Source: the human T2T-CHM13v2.0 reference genome, Homo sapiens. Taken from it: DNA of 64,000 bases. The position numbers were made by a program, and so were the translations under genes. Location: the NCBI RefSeq assembly GCF_009914755.1, contig NC_060926.1; one strand, given 5' to 3'. Shown piece by piece: positions 1 to 12,764 of this stretch. Within the stretch, counting starts at the first letter, position 1; the number at the start of each line of letters is the position of its first letter. The notes beneath the pieces were generated by a model, which saw only the letters and a list, made by a program, of their open reading frames with translations, was not told the origin of the DNA and did no database searches.

Positions 1-515
1 TACCCAAAGGAATATAAAGCCTTCTATCATAAAGACACATGCACGCGAATGTTCACTGCAGCACTGTTCACAAAAGCAAAGACATGGAATCAATGTAATC
101 CCTATCAATGACAGATTGGATAAAGAAAATGTGGTACATATACACCATGGAATATTATGCAGCCATAAAAAATAATGAGATTGTGTCTTTTGCAGGAACG
201 TGGATGAAACTGGAAGCTATCATCCTTAGTGAACTAATACAGATACGGAAAATCAAATATCCCATGTTCTTACTTAATATTGGGAGCTAAATGATAAGAA
301 CTCATGAACATAAAAAAGGAAATAACAGACACTGGGGTCTACTTGAGGGTGGATGGAGGCTGGAAGGAGCAAGAAGAGCAGAAAAGATTGAGTACTGGGC
401 TTAATACCTGGGTGATGTAATAATATATACCCTAATGACATGTTAACCCAAGCTTATATATGTAGCAAACCTTCACATGTATCCCCAAAACTAAAATAAA
501 AATTAAAAAAAGAAA
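1..515 (+). mobile_element. L1 3' end (older primate L1PA13-16-like): ORF2 C-terminus, 3' UTR and A-tail, running off the left edge
   Basis: ORF 108-290 reads [24 protein letters not shown]...WMKLEAIILSEL, the L1 ORF2 C-terminus. It is followed by the 3' UTR and an A-rich tail at ~493-515. Confidence 0.93.
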
Positions 516-732
516 ACAAGAAAATTATATGGAAGAGAAAATATATTTACCATTCATTAAGTGGCAGTGAATCCTTATAAAGATCTTCATTGTCTTCATG
601 TTAAGTGGACGTAAGAAGAGAAGGAAGACGAGGGGTTGGTCTTGCTGTCTCAGAAGTGGCAGAAACAGAAGAAAATTCACCTATAAGTGGACCATGTGAG
701 CTGAACAAATCTTGTTGTTCAATGGTCAACTG
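516..732 (-). mobile_element. Tigger2a (MER28) DNA transposon, one half, interrupted by the preceding L1
   Basis: Ends in the TIR ...ttgttcaatggtcaactg followed by TA (733-734). The internal sequence is the reverse complement of the complete copy at 36390-36816. Confidence 0.88.
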
Positions 733-1464
733 TAACGTATTGTCCTGGTGATGTAGCTGGTGGTTACTGAATATGTGTCTGAGTGAATGGAAAGCACAGA
801 TGGCTGATGAGATAGAAAAGTATGAGAGAATGTTTGTTGCACATGCCCTGATGATTATAAAGGACACACACTGATAGAGAGCCAGAATGAAGGGACTCTG
901 GCATTCTACATAAAGAGAGTTCACAAATACTCAAAATTCTGACTTCCTAAATGTTTTACTGTAGACATTGAAGAGTATTTTTATTCCTGGACTTTGACTT
1001 CAACTCATCATTGACTTGAACTTAGAATAAATGCAAGCAAGCAAGCAAAAAACTCTTCTTCATATACTGTCATAAAGCAAATCAACATTAATTCTGTGTA
1101 GTCCCTTTTGTTCATGAATCATATGACAGAATCAGATTATGACCCCAAAATTGATAAAGAAATAAAGAAATTATTCAAATGGGAAATAAATCTTTTGGAG
1201 AAGCACAACAGGAAAGAACCATAAGAATTCCCAGACTCTAAGATTCTGGATTTTTCTTTCTTGGCTCCCCTTATTGCTTTGAGATTTCTGAGTTCAGATG
1301 TCCAAACTTGGCAGAATAAAGAAGATATGCAATTATAGAGCCTCTCTAAATATATCAAAGCATACTAAAAAGGGAGCTCTGATTTTTGCCACAGGACCTT
1401 TAAACATAAGAGCCAGACATTGCAAATGAAAGCATGGCCTGTATTGAAATTGCCTAATTATCAA

Positions 1465-1612
1465 TCCATCTCCCCATAGATCTTAAATTCTGTGAGAATA
1501 GAAACTATTTGTCTTATTTATGACAGTCGCCTCTAGTACCTGGTACAGTGACAGCAAAGTTTCTGTGCAGAACACAAAACGTGTTCAATTAATATTTGTT
1601 GGCTGAATGAAT
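1465..1612 (+). mobile_element. L2 3' end fragment
   Basis: tagatcttaaattctgtgagaatagaaactatttgtcttattt...caattaatatttgttggctgaatgaat resembles the L2 terminus. Confidence 0.65.
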
Positions 1613-1707
1613 ATGTGCATGTTACCTTTGACATAGTATAAGTGGATTAATGTTGGCTGAATCACATTTCTGTACATAATATCTGTGTGATATTGACATA
1701 TTACCTC

Positions 1708-1838
1708 TCCTATAAAATGAGGACAATAATAGTACCTCATATGGTTGTGTTGAGGTTTAAGAGAGGTGATTAACATAAAGTCCTCAGTACAGTGTCTAAC
1801 TTATGGTAAAGAATTAATAGATGTTAGTTATCATTATT
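1708..1838 (+). mobile_element. MIR fragment
   Basis: ctataaaatgaggacaataatagtacctcatatggttgtgttgaggtttaa...cagtgtctaacttatggtaa matches the MIR core and 3' part. Confidence 0.8.
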
Positions 1839-4281
1839 CTACCCTTCGATAGACAGATGTTAATTATCTTCCTCATATTTTATGGATTATATCACAATAA
1901 GTGCAATCGAATCCAAAATATTTTATTATGTTAATGGTCTTCTCTATTAAACAATAATCCTAGAGATTATTGGTAAAGATGGCAATCATTGGCAAAGATG
2001 ATAGAAAAAAATCATCAAGATTTCTACAATTTTTATTTGGAGAATTACCAAAAATGTTATATTGTCATATCCTCTAAAGCTTAGCATATATTAATGGTAC
2101 AATAATATGGATGTTCAAGAAATAGGAAATGAAAACATTTTATATTAACTGTCAATGGGAAGTAAACCCCAGGTTAGTGCCTACGAAATGTTAAGCTTGG
2201 CTTGTGAACTAAAATTGGTTGTTATTAAAATAAGGGGCAAAATGGAATTTCCTCATGATAATTTTAACAGTTCTTGTATAAATGTATCTTCAAAATTCAG
2301 ACCATCACCATATTAGCATTTAACATAACACATTTGGTTGACTTTAATCTATAGCAGTAATAATGACTGAAAATGTCACTACCATTATGCAACAAATTGT
2401 ATGTTCTTGTGACAGGCCCTTAAGCAGTCTGTCTGCTAAGTAGAACAGCAAATTACTGGACTTAGATAATCTTCTTTCAGCAGCTTGGTATTTGTATGTT
2501 TTTAATTGTCAAAGCAATTACAGAGCCTTCTGCTCAAGCAGCCTCTGTTATGTGGAGGGAAGTATAAAATATTTTTATTATTTATCTTTAAGTATTACGA
2601 TGTATTTGTATTGTTGGGAGACAAGAGTTGAATTCAAACTTTGAAGCAAAACATTTTCAAAAATTTTCATGCAGACTTTAGGATTTAAAAGAGTTTTGTC
2701 TTTTAGAATGTTAAAGTTGATACTATTTTTTAACATTATAAGTAAGACTGAATTGTAAAGTGAGGAAGGAATAGTTGAGAATGTGGGAAGGCCACAGTTA
2801 ATTTAGCAGAATAATGAAAGCCACATTTATGGGTTGATATAAAGGAGATCAGTGTTAATTTCTGTTGTGTGAGTGCAATCATATCCTCCAAAGGTTTATG
2901 TATGCAGTTTTTGTTTCTCACAGTACATTTCTCTCAACAGGTTTTAAAAACAGGGATGTAAATTCAGTATATTATAGCACTGGCGACTACCATTGTAAAT
3001 ATATATTTTTGTATACATAGATTTCCTGACATGTTTACCTCTTTAAATAATGGAAAATCTCATCTTGTAATTTTCGTTGAATTGAGGCACAGAATGCTTG
3101 CCTTTCTCAAGTCTGTGGTGACCAGGTTCTTCTTGGCCAATGTTCTTTGCAGATCAGTTATCAAGGGGTCATTCTAGCATCACCTTCATGAAAAGGCAAT
3201 AAATATGAAATGGTTTCTAAAATGACAAGCAGTCTTACATAATGATTATTAAGGCTCGAATTGATGGTACCCTTGACACAGTGTTCAATATTTCCTGAAA
3301 AAATATTAGCCAGCACTCTCAGTGAATGACAGAAGAAATATAGACACTGCTAATGAATGGGCCAAAATTGGTCTCAGTGGCACAATATCTAGTACATACA
3401 GTCTAATTTGCATGAAAGCATCAACTCATTAATATCGTCAATTCAATCACACTTTGGGTCACAGGAAAGTCTCATCTTCCTCTTCAATGATGAGAGGCCC
3501 TGTCCTCCATGCCTAACTCTTTTGCTAAAAAGGATTGGTCAGTACCTAGGCTTCCTTTGCCATATCTGAGTTGAGTAACAATTTGAGCATTTAGAATAGT
3601 TCAAACTTTCTTGGATGCTTCTTTTATCCCACTGAGGTTTGATTTCTTAATTCATACATTGAATATATGCTTATTTCACAGTACAGCTGTATTTATGAGA
3701 TGTTACATGAGAAGGACCTGGCTGAGTGGTACATGGCACACACTCAGTAGTAAATCCTCTTTACCTAGGGTCACAATAATGCCTAAGATACCCAGCTATG
3801 GCACCCCTGTCCAACCATGCTGGCAACATGCTGGAAAGCTTGAATGCCTCTCTCACTATTTCTAGGTCTTCATCACTTGGCTCAGCTTCCTTTTGTACTA
3901 TACATTTTCTCTAACTGATTATTTTTTCCTCTCTTGAGTCTTTTCTGACATAGATTCTGTTTCCTAAGAATGCCTTTGAGTCTTGCTTACTTAAATAAAA
4001 ATTCAACCTGTTTTTAAAGATACGGTTAGATTTTAACCAGATCCATAGAAATTATTTAATAACTGGGAGTCTGAAACACAGGCTTATTCAATCAATCCTC
4101 AATAAACACGTTTGTTAGATAAATAAATGAATGACTGAATAAAGAGGAGGAATTCTCAACTCTTCCAAATGTTACGGTGTTTGCTCATACCTATCTTGTA
4201 ACAGATAATGTTACTTTATAACTTATTTGTTACTTAAGTGTTGCTTTAGTTTTCTTAAAATTGTGCACAGGAGATTCCTAG

Positions 4282-4401
4282 TGTATTAGTCAAGTTTCTC
4301 TAGGGGGACAGAACTAATAGGAATATATATATACATATATATGTGTGTCTGTATATATATATATAGTGTGTGTATATATATGTGTGTATATATGTGTGTG
4401 T

Positions 4402-4444
<43 letters not shown>

Positions 4445-4821
4445 TTTATTAACTATTAACTTACATGATCACAACGTCCCATAATAGGCTGTCTGCAAGC
4501 TGAGGAGCAAGGAGAGCCAGTCCAAGTCCCAAAACTGAAGGACTTTTGAGTCTGATGTTCCAGGGAAGGAAGCATCCAGCACAGGAGAAAGGTGTAGGCT
4601 GGGAGGCTAGGCCAGTCTGTCCCTTTTCACATTTTTCTGCCTGCTTTATATTCACTGGTGGCTGATCAGATTGTGCCCACCAGATTAACGGTGGGTCTGC
4701 TTTCTGGAGCCCACTGACTCAAATGTTTATTTCATTTGGCAACACCCTCACAGACACACCCAGGATCAATACTTTGTATCCATCAATCCAATCAAGTTGA
4801 CAGTCGGTATTAACCATCACA
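4282..4821 (-). mobile_element. MLT2A-type (HERV-L) solo LTR
   Basis: Termini are tgtattagtc...taaccatcaca, with a 5-bp TSD cctag (4277-4281) / cctgg (4822-4826). The internal TA/TG microsatellite and body sequence are typical of MLT2A1/A2. Confidence 0.92.
4323..4441. repeat. Compound (TA)n/(TG)n microsatellite inside the MLT2A LTR
   Basis: Directly visible, with a pure TA run at ~4405-4441. Confidence 0.97.
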
Positions 4822-4969
4822 CCTGGATAGAATATATGTCATGATCTTTGTATGCATATAGAGAAAATAAATTAGTTGTTTGTGAGAAATGACCAGTTTA
4901 ATGAAGCCAAACAACTGATTAGTTAGTGTAAATATGGTCATAGAGTTTATTTTAACCGATGTATTTTGC

Positions 4970-5082
4970 ATGGCTTTGGAAAAATTGCTTAACCTTTTGG
5001 GCTTCAGTTTTCTTGTATACTAAATGACTTAATTGAATAAGATAATCTCCAAGAAACCTTTCATCTCTAGAAATAATGATCC
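4970..5082 (+). mobile_element. MIR3/MIRc fragment
   Basis: ctttggaaaaattgcttaaccttttgggcttcagttttcttgtatactaaatg...gataatctccaagaaacctttcatctctag. Confidence 0.7.
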
Positions 5083-5329
5083 TGTAAAGAGAAGAAAAAA
5101 GTACATTAAAGTAACACCATATGAAAGAAGCAACGTGCCTCTAAATATCAATATAATGGAGTGAGTTTTTACTCAAGTGTTATGTGTATAAGTCAGATAT
5201 AGGCCAGTGAAGAAATTAGTGCAGAAACGCAGACTCAGAGTTTAATGATTTGCTGAAGCTAGAGACATGACTAGTGAAAATGTTTTTTGCCAGAAAACAC
5301 AGAGCTAGTAAATTGATTGAAATAACATA

Positions 5330-5897
5330 TCTGTTACAACTCTTTATGTTGCAAATAAGAGGAAAAAAATTCAATGTGGTTTAAATGACAAAAAAATCCA
5401 TCAGCTCATATAACTGAAAAGTTAATACATTGTCATGATTTAAGGGAGACTTGATCTCAGAGGACTAAAGATTTCAGAAATAGCCCCATTTCTCTTCAGC
5501 TCTTTGCCTGGTCTCAAGTACTCCTAACAGTTTTGGATACCTTGGTTGATGTTAACAAAATAAATTTTGAATTCCAAATTTCACATTTTACAGTACTATA
5601 GCCAGGGAGGAATTATAGCATTATGGAAGCAAATTATCCCAGGATTTTGTGATAAATGTCTCCTTGCGTCTTATTAGCTTTATTTCAGTTACGTGTTGCT
5701 CTATGAGTCAATCATTGCAACCAGGGAAATAAGATACTTGGTAAGCTTAACCCATTCATTACTCATCTCTGGGGCATGAAGTGTGTCATCAAGCCACATT
5801 TACTAAGAATCAGAGAGAGATGATTTTCCAAAGATAATTTAGAAAGTTTTCAAGAGAGGGATATAGATTCAGGAGAGGCAAAAACACATGAACACCA
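5330..5897 (-). mobile_element. Old MaLR LTR (MLT1J/K/L-like)
   Basis: Starts gttgcaaataagaggaaaaaaattcaatgtggtttaaa...gctcatataactgaaaagt and ends aggcaaaaacacatgaacacca. Both resemble antisense old MLT1 LTRs. Confidence 0.6.
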
Positions 5898-5909
5898 AGT
5901 ATTTTTTTT

Positions 5910-7700
5910 TCCTCATCAAACATTTACTAAGTATGTGCTATTTAACAAGTATCATTAGAAACTAGGAGCTCAGAGTACAGGGAAGGAAGCAGGCAATGGA
6001 ATCTATAATGAGATGCAATGTGATTAGTACACTAAGTGCTCTGCCTAGAGAAGGTCAGGGATCTCACCTATTGGGCAGTGACTGTGTCCCAGGAGCTGGG
6101 CTAATTACCTCATAATTAAACCTTAAAGAGGTTGAATAACTAACAACATTAGTGCATTCGTGCAGTCATACTACACAGCTTCAGCTATTCACCTATCTTA
6201 TACAAAGTTAAATTTATTGCAAGGAAACCAAGTAGCTCATACATTCAAAGAAAGAGATAGATAACCAGGTCTTGAACAAGAATAGCAACTAAACCAGCTT
6301 TGAGGATCTCAGAAGTGGGGATTCATAAAAGGACTTTTAATAACTGCTATGAGGATGATTATGAGAAACTCTAATGCTAGAAGGTGACAAGAGAGGACCA
6401 AATTGCGGGAGGAGGGGCGGGGGGAATGGACATCAAAATATACTCCCATGAGGTGATTGACCTTGAGCTGAGTACTGGAGAAGACACAGATAAGAAAGGG
6501 GTTTAAAATGGTCCACCAGCAAGAAAGAATATTTAAACTCAGAGGCATAGGAGATCATGCTATTGTCAGGAGCCTTCAAATAACTCGTTTGATTCGAATT
6601 TTAGGGTACCTGTGGGAGAACTTGGTAGTATTTACCTTGCAAAGTGGGTGGGTGCCTCATTCTGAAGGGCCTTTTATGAAATGGCAAGGAGTTTGGACTT
6701 GTTTCTGCAAATATAAGGTGATCCACTGAAGGATCTAAAGATAAGAAGTGACTTGTTTCAATGTACATGATTGGCATCGTGAAGATAATTAACTGGAGAA
6801 GGGACAGAAACAAGGATAGGTAGAAAATATTGATATCAATGGATAAATGTGAATGTGAGGAAGATGAAGAATCTATAGTAATGGCCATATTGCTGTCTAG
6901 AGAAAAATGTGTGGTGATACTTTTTCCATTCTCTTACTTATTAAAAAAGAGGGAATAGAGAGAAAGGAAGATGAGCTTTCAATGGGTAAGAAAGTTTTAG
7001 AAATATTCAGATGTCTCCAATTGAAGATACCTAGTTAGAAGTTGAGATATAAGTTAGAAAAAAATTTGTAGAGTTAACAACCTATGAAAATATAGCTGTG
7101 ACCCAGAAATGTACGTAAAGTTAAAAGAGCAGAGAGCTAATGATGAAATAGTAAGAAATATCAACATTTAAGGGCTATGTGAGAAAAAGAATACAGAAAG
7201 ACACATGGAAGGAAAATCAGAATAAAATTGTGTTATCTCAAGATTATAAAATAAAAAACCAGGCCAAATGGCACCAAGAGGTTAAGAAATGGAGAAAACA
7301 ACCTGTTGAATTTGACAAATACATAGATCATTAGTGATATTAGGGGAGATGCTCTGTGACTTGATGACAGTAGAGGTCAGATATGATTGGTTAAGGACAG
7401 AAGGTAAGAAAGCAAAGACATTGAGTGTCAACCAATCTTTCTGGAAGTGTGTCCATGAAAGAGAAGAGAAAGAGGGTGGTAGGACAAAGGAGGAGGAAAT
7501 GAGATTCTTTCAAATGGCAAGTATTTGATAACAATTATATATTGTGTTTTAATTGAGAAAAATATGAAGAAATAATAAAAAATTAAGATGAGAACAGTGA
7601 CAGGAGGAAAAGAATATAATTAGTGAAGAGAAATTCGAGAGAGAGAGAGAAGGGCTGAGACTCAGGGGACAAGATCAGGCTTGAAAAGAGGGAGAGATAT
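5910..7700 (-). mobile_element. L2, long decayed and fragmented copy
   Basis: The 3' end catcaaacatttactaagtatgtgcta is followed by a purine-rich L2 body (aaggagtttggacttgtttctg, tcaacatttaagggc, ttgaatttgacaaat...gatcattagtgat). Confidence 0.75.
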
Positions 7701-9231
7701 GTTTTCAGTCCATAGGCCAACGACATTTGGCTCTATTGGATTTCAGTCTTGAATTTCTGAGAAAGAAATTTCTGAGCATTAAAGGAAAATTGTGAAAAAC
7801 CCATAATAGAGGTTTGATGGGTTATAATACTCATCTTTGAATGATATTAATGTCGTATTAGCCAGAGTGGAACATTTTATAACTTCCTTTAGAAGGTCTT
7901 GTTTCTGCGGTGGAGTGTGAGCATAAAGAGAATTTTCTCTCTTAATGTTTATAATTGTATAAAGAACAGGCTGGCCTGATCCTCTCCAGATGCTGTTTTC
8001 TTGCTTTTCTAATTAAATCCAGATGCGTGTTCCAGCTTGAAAAAAAATAGGTGTGCTAATTATTTATGTATAAATTGTGAGGAAAATTATTTACTTGTAT
8101 GTTTGAAATTCACCAAAAGAAAAATATGAAGTATTTATTTTGTTTGTTGCACCTGTGTTTTAGAGAATGTGCAGCTGTATAACAGAAAAAAAAAATAGAA
8201 AAAATAAAACTTTGTGATTTCATCAAATTAGGAATGTGTGTTTTAAGGAAATCATTCATTTGCAATGTGTTTCGACTCCCCTGGGCTTGTTTAAGAGAGC
8301 TTACCATTTCTCCATTGTTTCCCCTCCTGCCGACTGACTCTTAGCAATGAGTTGGAATGTCTTATTTTGTCGTTGAAATTGAAAGAGCTGTAATAGAGAA
8401 TTAAATGAACCTGTGAGAGTCTTGTCTCATATTTAAGTCTGAGTAATTTAATTTCTGTATGTCTGCCTTCAAATGACAATTATTTTTAATTGTTTTGTCC
8501 TACGGAGATGTCCTTTTGTTATTTCTACTTTCAAATTTCTCTGTTTTTTTTTTTTTTCTTTTTCTCTGATTGTCGTCATTGTTAATATTTCCAGAGACTT
8601 ACAGAGTGGATCCTTTTAGGTCAACTTAGCATATGATTTTACAGGTTTCGTTAATGAGTTTTTCTCCTGAAAGTTTAGTATAAGCTTTTCCATCAGGATG
8701 TTCCAGCTATCAAGCCATGTTCTTTCTCTTCATTGTATCACAGTAAATTACATTTGCATAGCACTTGACAGTTTATAGCCTCTCAATATATAATGTCTTG
8801 CTTTATCTCTCAAAGAAGACTTTGGTGTCGAAAGGCCATGGATGGTCTCAATTTTGTGAAATTAGCTAGAAACAGTACTGGAATGATAGACAGGAGATGT
8901 GGAATATAATCCAGGGTGTGACACTAACTTTATGTCTTACTCTTTTAACAGTAAAATTTAGTATTGTGTTGAAATTAGTCGTTACTTAAAATCTTTTCAG
9001 TTCTATAACCGTTGTTTAAAAATAAATATTATTTGTAACCACCAGACATAGGTAGTTGGAATCATCTGAGAGTATCTAGAGGAAGTTGGTGGTGAAGTGC
9101 ATCTTTCCAGCTTTCCTGTCACTTTCCATGAGCCTCTGAGGCTCCTGGAGATCATGCTTCTAGATTTTACCTCAGGTTCCTTTCTCCTCCAATTCTGTTT
9201 AATCAAGTTACAAAAAACAAAGCTTTAGGAG

Positions 9232-9559
9232 CAGAAATAACAAGGTGGGATTTGTGGGCCAGATCCAGCCTGTAGGTGTACTTTTGCACACAATATTTTT
9301 GAAAGTGTTGAGTTAGATGGTAAATTAACAAATTAAAGGGTTTGACTTACAAATTGGGTTGTATGTGGTTTTTTAATGGTTATACTGGAAATATCAGAAA
9401 ATCTGACACACTAAACCTAGGCAACAATCAACAGGGGCTGTGTAGGAATTCTTTCTTTTAAATTAGGCTTGGAGTCACCAGTTGGCCCTCATCCTGGTAT
9501 ATTTAAGTGGTTTAAATTGTCCACTTGGTTCCTGTTGGCTTTTTGATTTAAAACCCCTG
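9232..9559 (-). mobile_element. MER102-like hAT-Charlie non-autonomous DNA transposon
   Basis: gtgggccagatccagcctgtaggtg, aaatctgacacact, ggcaacaatc and terminal ...tttgatttaaaacccctg match antisense MER102. Confidence 0.75.
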
Positions 9560-10441
9560 ACTTAGACAACTTATGAAAGGACATCAACCTCTGTCTGGTG
9601 TCGAATTCAGGACTCTCATTTTTCAGGTTTAATTTTACATGACTCCTCAGTATTGTCCATAATTTTACATCAGAAGCAATGCTCCATCTGATCCTGTCAT
9701 GAGAATCATTGAAGAGTCTGTTCGTGTCTTAACTCTTCTTTCATTTTTTAATATTAGGATCATCACTTGGAAAATAAGGTAAAGGCACTTCCTGTGTTCC
9801 TACACATGGGAGGCCTCCAAGTTACCAAACTGCTGCCAGTGCGTCTTTAGTCTATCATTTTCTCATCTCAGTCAACTAATGAGTATAGAACTCATTGGGT
9901 TTCACTTGCTCCTCAAGGAGTCTCTATTACATTCCATGCACAATTCAGAAAAGATGATGCATTTTCTAATTGGCAGCATAATTTTAAATATGGCCATCTT
10001 CAAGCTTTTTAATAGGAAGTCACTTAATGATAAGGATTGGTTGCATGTGTGTGCACATATGTGCTGATTCCTTACCTTTCTGGGGATCCTTCCTTCATTG
10101 AATATGATAGGCTGGAAACTTTCAACCTGCTTCAATATGAAAACAATTTTTGTCTCTTCATTTGAAGATAAGCCTTTCTTACTTTTACTCTTGAGGAAAG
10201 AAAGCCCTCCCTCTCTTTTTCTTCCTGAGGTGGAGGACTGCTAGTGATTCAGGCTTTTGATTTTATAATTGTTAGGATTCATTGTGAATAGAAAAGAAGA
10301 GAATATAGCCTCATGAAGAAATTTAATGTGAAGAGAGAATGAGCACCAACAGAAGATGGGAAAGCAAGGAGGTCCTGGCATGTTTGTATTCAGGTGTGTG
10401 CGTGCATGTGAGTGTGTGTGCACCTGCAGATAGGCTAGTGT

Positions 10442-10547
10442 TATGAGGACCAACCATCCTGCTTTGCCTGAGACTGGGTTTCCTGGCATGTGGGACATTC
10501 AATGCTAGAACCAGAAAAATCATTAACTGGCATAAGTTGGTCTTCCT
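10442..10547 (+). mobile_element. MER94 (hAT-Blackjack MITE)
   Basis: gaccaaccatcctgctttgcctgagactgggtttcctggcatgtgggacattcaatgctagaaccag...gttggtcttcct, with inverted termini. Confidence 0.8.
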
Positions 10548-11809
10548 CGCTAGCCTGCAACAATATTTCTTAATTGCAGCCAGATTTACCCTCAAGGAAG
10601 TTTCTTCTCACCATGAACACAGTCTGGACATGAACAGAAACTCCAATATACTCTCCCTTGGAAAATCAGATGTCCCTTTTCTGTCACTGAAGAGAAAAAG
10701 ATTCTTGATAACTGGATCTTCATTTATTCTCCCCAGCTAATCTGTGACCATCTTGTTTCTCTTAGGAGACTTATAATTCCTGATTCCTAGGTAAATCCTG
10801 AGGTCCCTTGAATTCTTCTAATCTTAGAACCATTTCTTTTGATTATAATAAAAAAAGCCTTAACCAGTATAAGAGATTGCCATATTAGGTGCCACAATCA
10901 CCATTAATTCCAGTATAGTTGTCAATGAAAGAGGAAGGGATGTTGTCTAGGAAAGTCTAGAAGGGTGTACCTCATGATGAAACTATTTTAAGTGCCCAAG
11001 ATGCTGTTATGTAGCGGAGTGTCTGCCAGTTGACGCATCAGAGTTCACAAGAGCAATGGCCTTTGTCACTTATACCCAGGGCCTGTGTCAATCAATTCTA
11101 CTTCAGGTAATGAAGATGACATGCCAGCACCTTACCATTAATGGCCAGGAAGGAGTGCCTGAACTTTTCTGGCACTCCTAGATTTTTCTCTGGATTTGTC
11201 TAATGAAGTAGACTTCTCACTCACTCAAGGTGCTAACATGCCTCTAGATTGAAAGCTGTAGGGGCTGACCGCTTAGCAGGATGGTAAAGACATTTCCCTT
11301 GCTCTTCTACCTGGGGGTGAAATAACTGAGGTTAGAACTTCTGAGCTGGGATATGACTGCTTAAGACCCTTTTATATTATTCTTTCATAATATCAGTATA
11401 CATACTCTTTCAGTGCTGCCCTAAATTATTTATTTTTAACATTCTAACCCTTTACTTGCTCTTAGAATTCAAAAGATAGTGTTTTCAAGTTTTATAAACT
11501 TATCTGCTGGAAGGGAGACCAGTTTTAATTTTGCATTAAGTGAGATTGGTGACTGCTTGATGGCAAGTGTAGATACTACATACTTGCAAAGGTTATTAAA
11601 ATAATTTCTGTGTTCCTACCTTCTAGGAATCATAACATCCTTTATGATACTCCTTTGGAAAAAGTCTACCTCTAACACCTGTTATTGTTGATTCTGACTT
11701 GTTTTCTTCTCACTTAGTCTTATTCTTTCTGTCATACAATATTAGTAATTATTCAGTGGACATGGCTCTTCTCAAGTATGATGCCCCAAGACTTTGTATC
11801 CAGGGTACA

Positions 11810-12032
11810 ATTTTGTGATTAAGAGCCATGATTCCAGAACTGGGTTTACCCCCAAGCTTATCATCTGGCAGATGGGCACGTGATGTAAGTCTTACTTCTT
11901 CAGCTGGAAGGTGGTGATGACAATAGTACTTACCCCACAGGATATATGGGTTAAATGAGGTGATATATTTAAGGAACTTGAAACAGTGCCTGGAACCCAG
12001 TAAATTCCATATTCATTGACTATTCTTATTGT
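11810..12032 (+). mobile_element. MIR
   Basis: gtgattaagagc...caatagtacttaccccacagg...ttaaatgaggtgatatatttaaggaacttgaaacagtgcctggaacccagtaa. Confidence 0.8.
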
Positions 12033-12764
12033 TGTACAAAAAAAAGTGATTTGAGGTTATCCTTTAAGACCCGTTTCAACAGATTTTTTATTTACCTCTG
12101 ACTCTAAGGTTTTTTGTTGTGAATATGTGCATGTGTGTTTGTCAAATTTTCTCTATTTTTTTAAACAAAATGCTGATTTAAATTTTACTTTTTAAAATGT
12201 CCTTTTCTTAATAAATTTATAAAAGAATAAACTAAATTACACAAATCTGTTCTCAATAATAGGAATATAGTTTTCTTCAGTGGGTGAAATCCCTAGTTAC
12301 AAAGAGAAAATCTAATTGATCAAGACTAAAGAATCTTGATGTGTCATATTAGCAAATAGGTTTACACCTGTCTTCTCTAAGCAACAGCAAATAATCCTTT
12401 CACATTTAGATAGAGAGTGTCCTTTCCTCAGGTATAAGTGATCAGTATAGAAGTTTGAAATACTTCTGTGAAGAATAAAGCATGGTCTTTTACCTAGATA
12501 GATATGGCTTAGAGCAAGTGATATAAGATTGAAGAAAAAAACCCAAATATTTATTTTGGAATAGTTACCATTATTATCATTTATAAAGCTTTTAAAATGC
12601 CTAATCATGTGTATTACTGCTCTCTGTGTACTAAAAATAAAGTCTTAAATAACATTCTACATACTTATTATTTGATATCTTTTGTTGGTGTATGAGATAC
12701 CATCAGTGGAGGCAGTTAAAGGCTCAGTGTTAAATGTAATGTAATTGTTATAACTTTTCAATAA

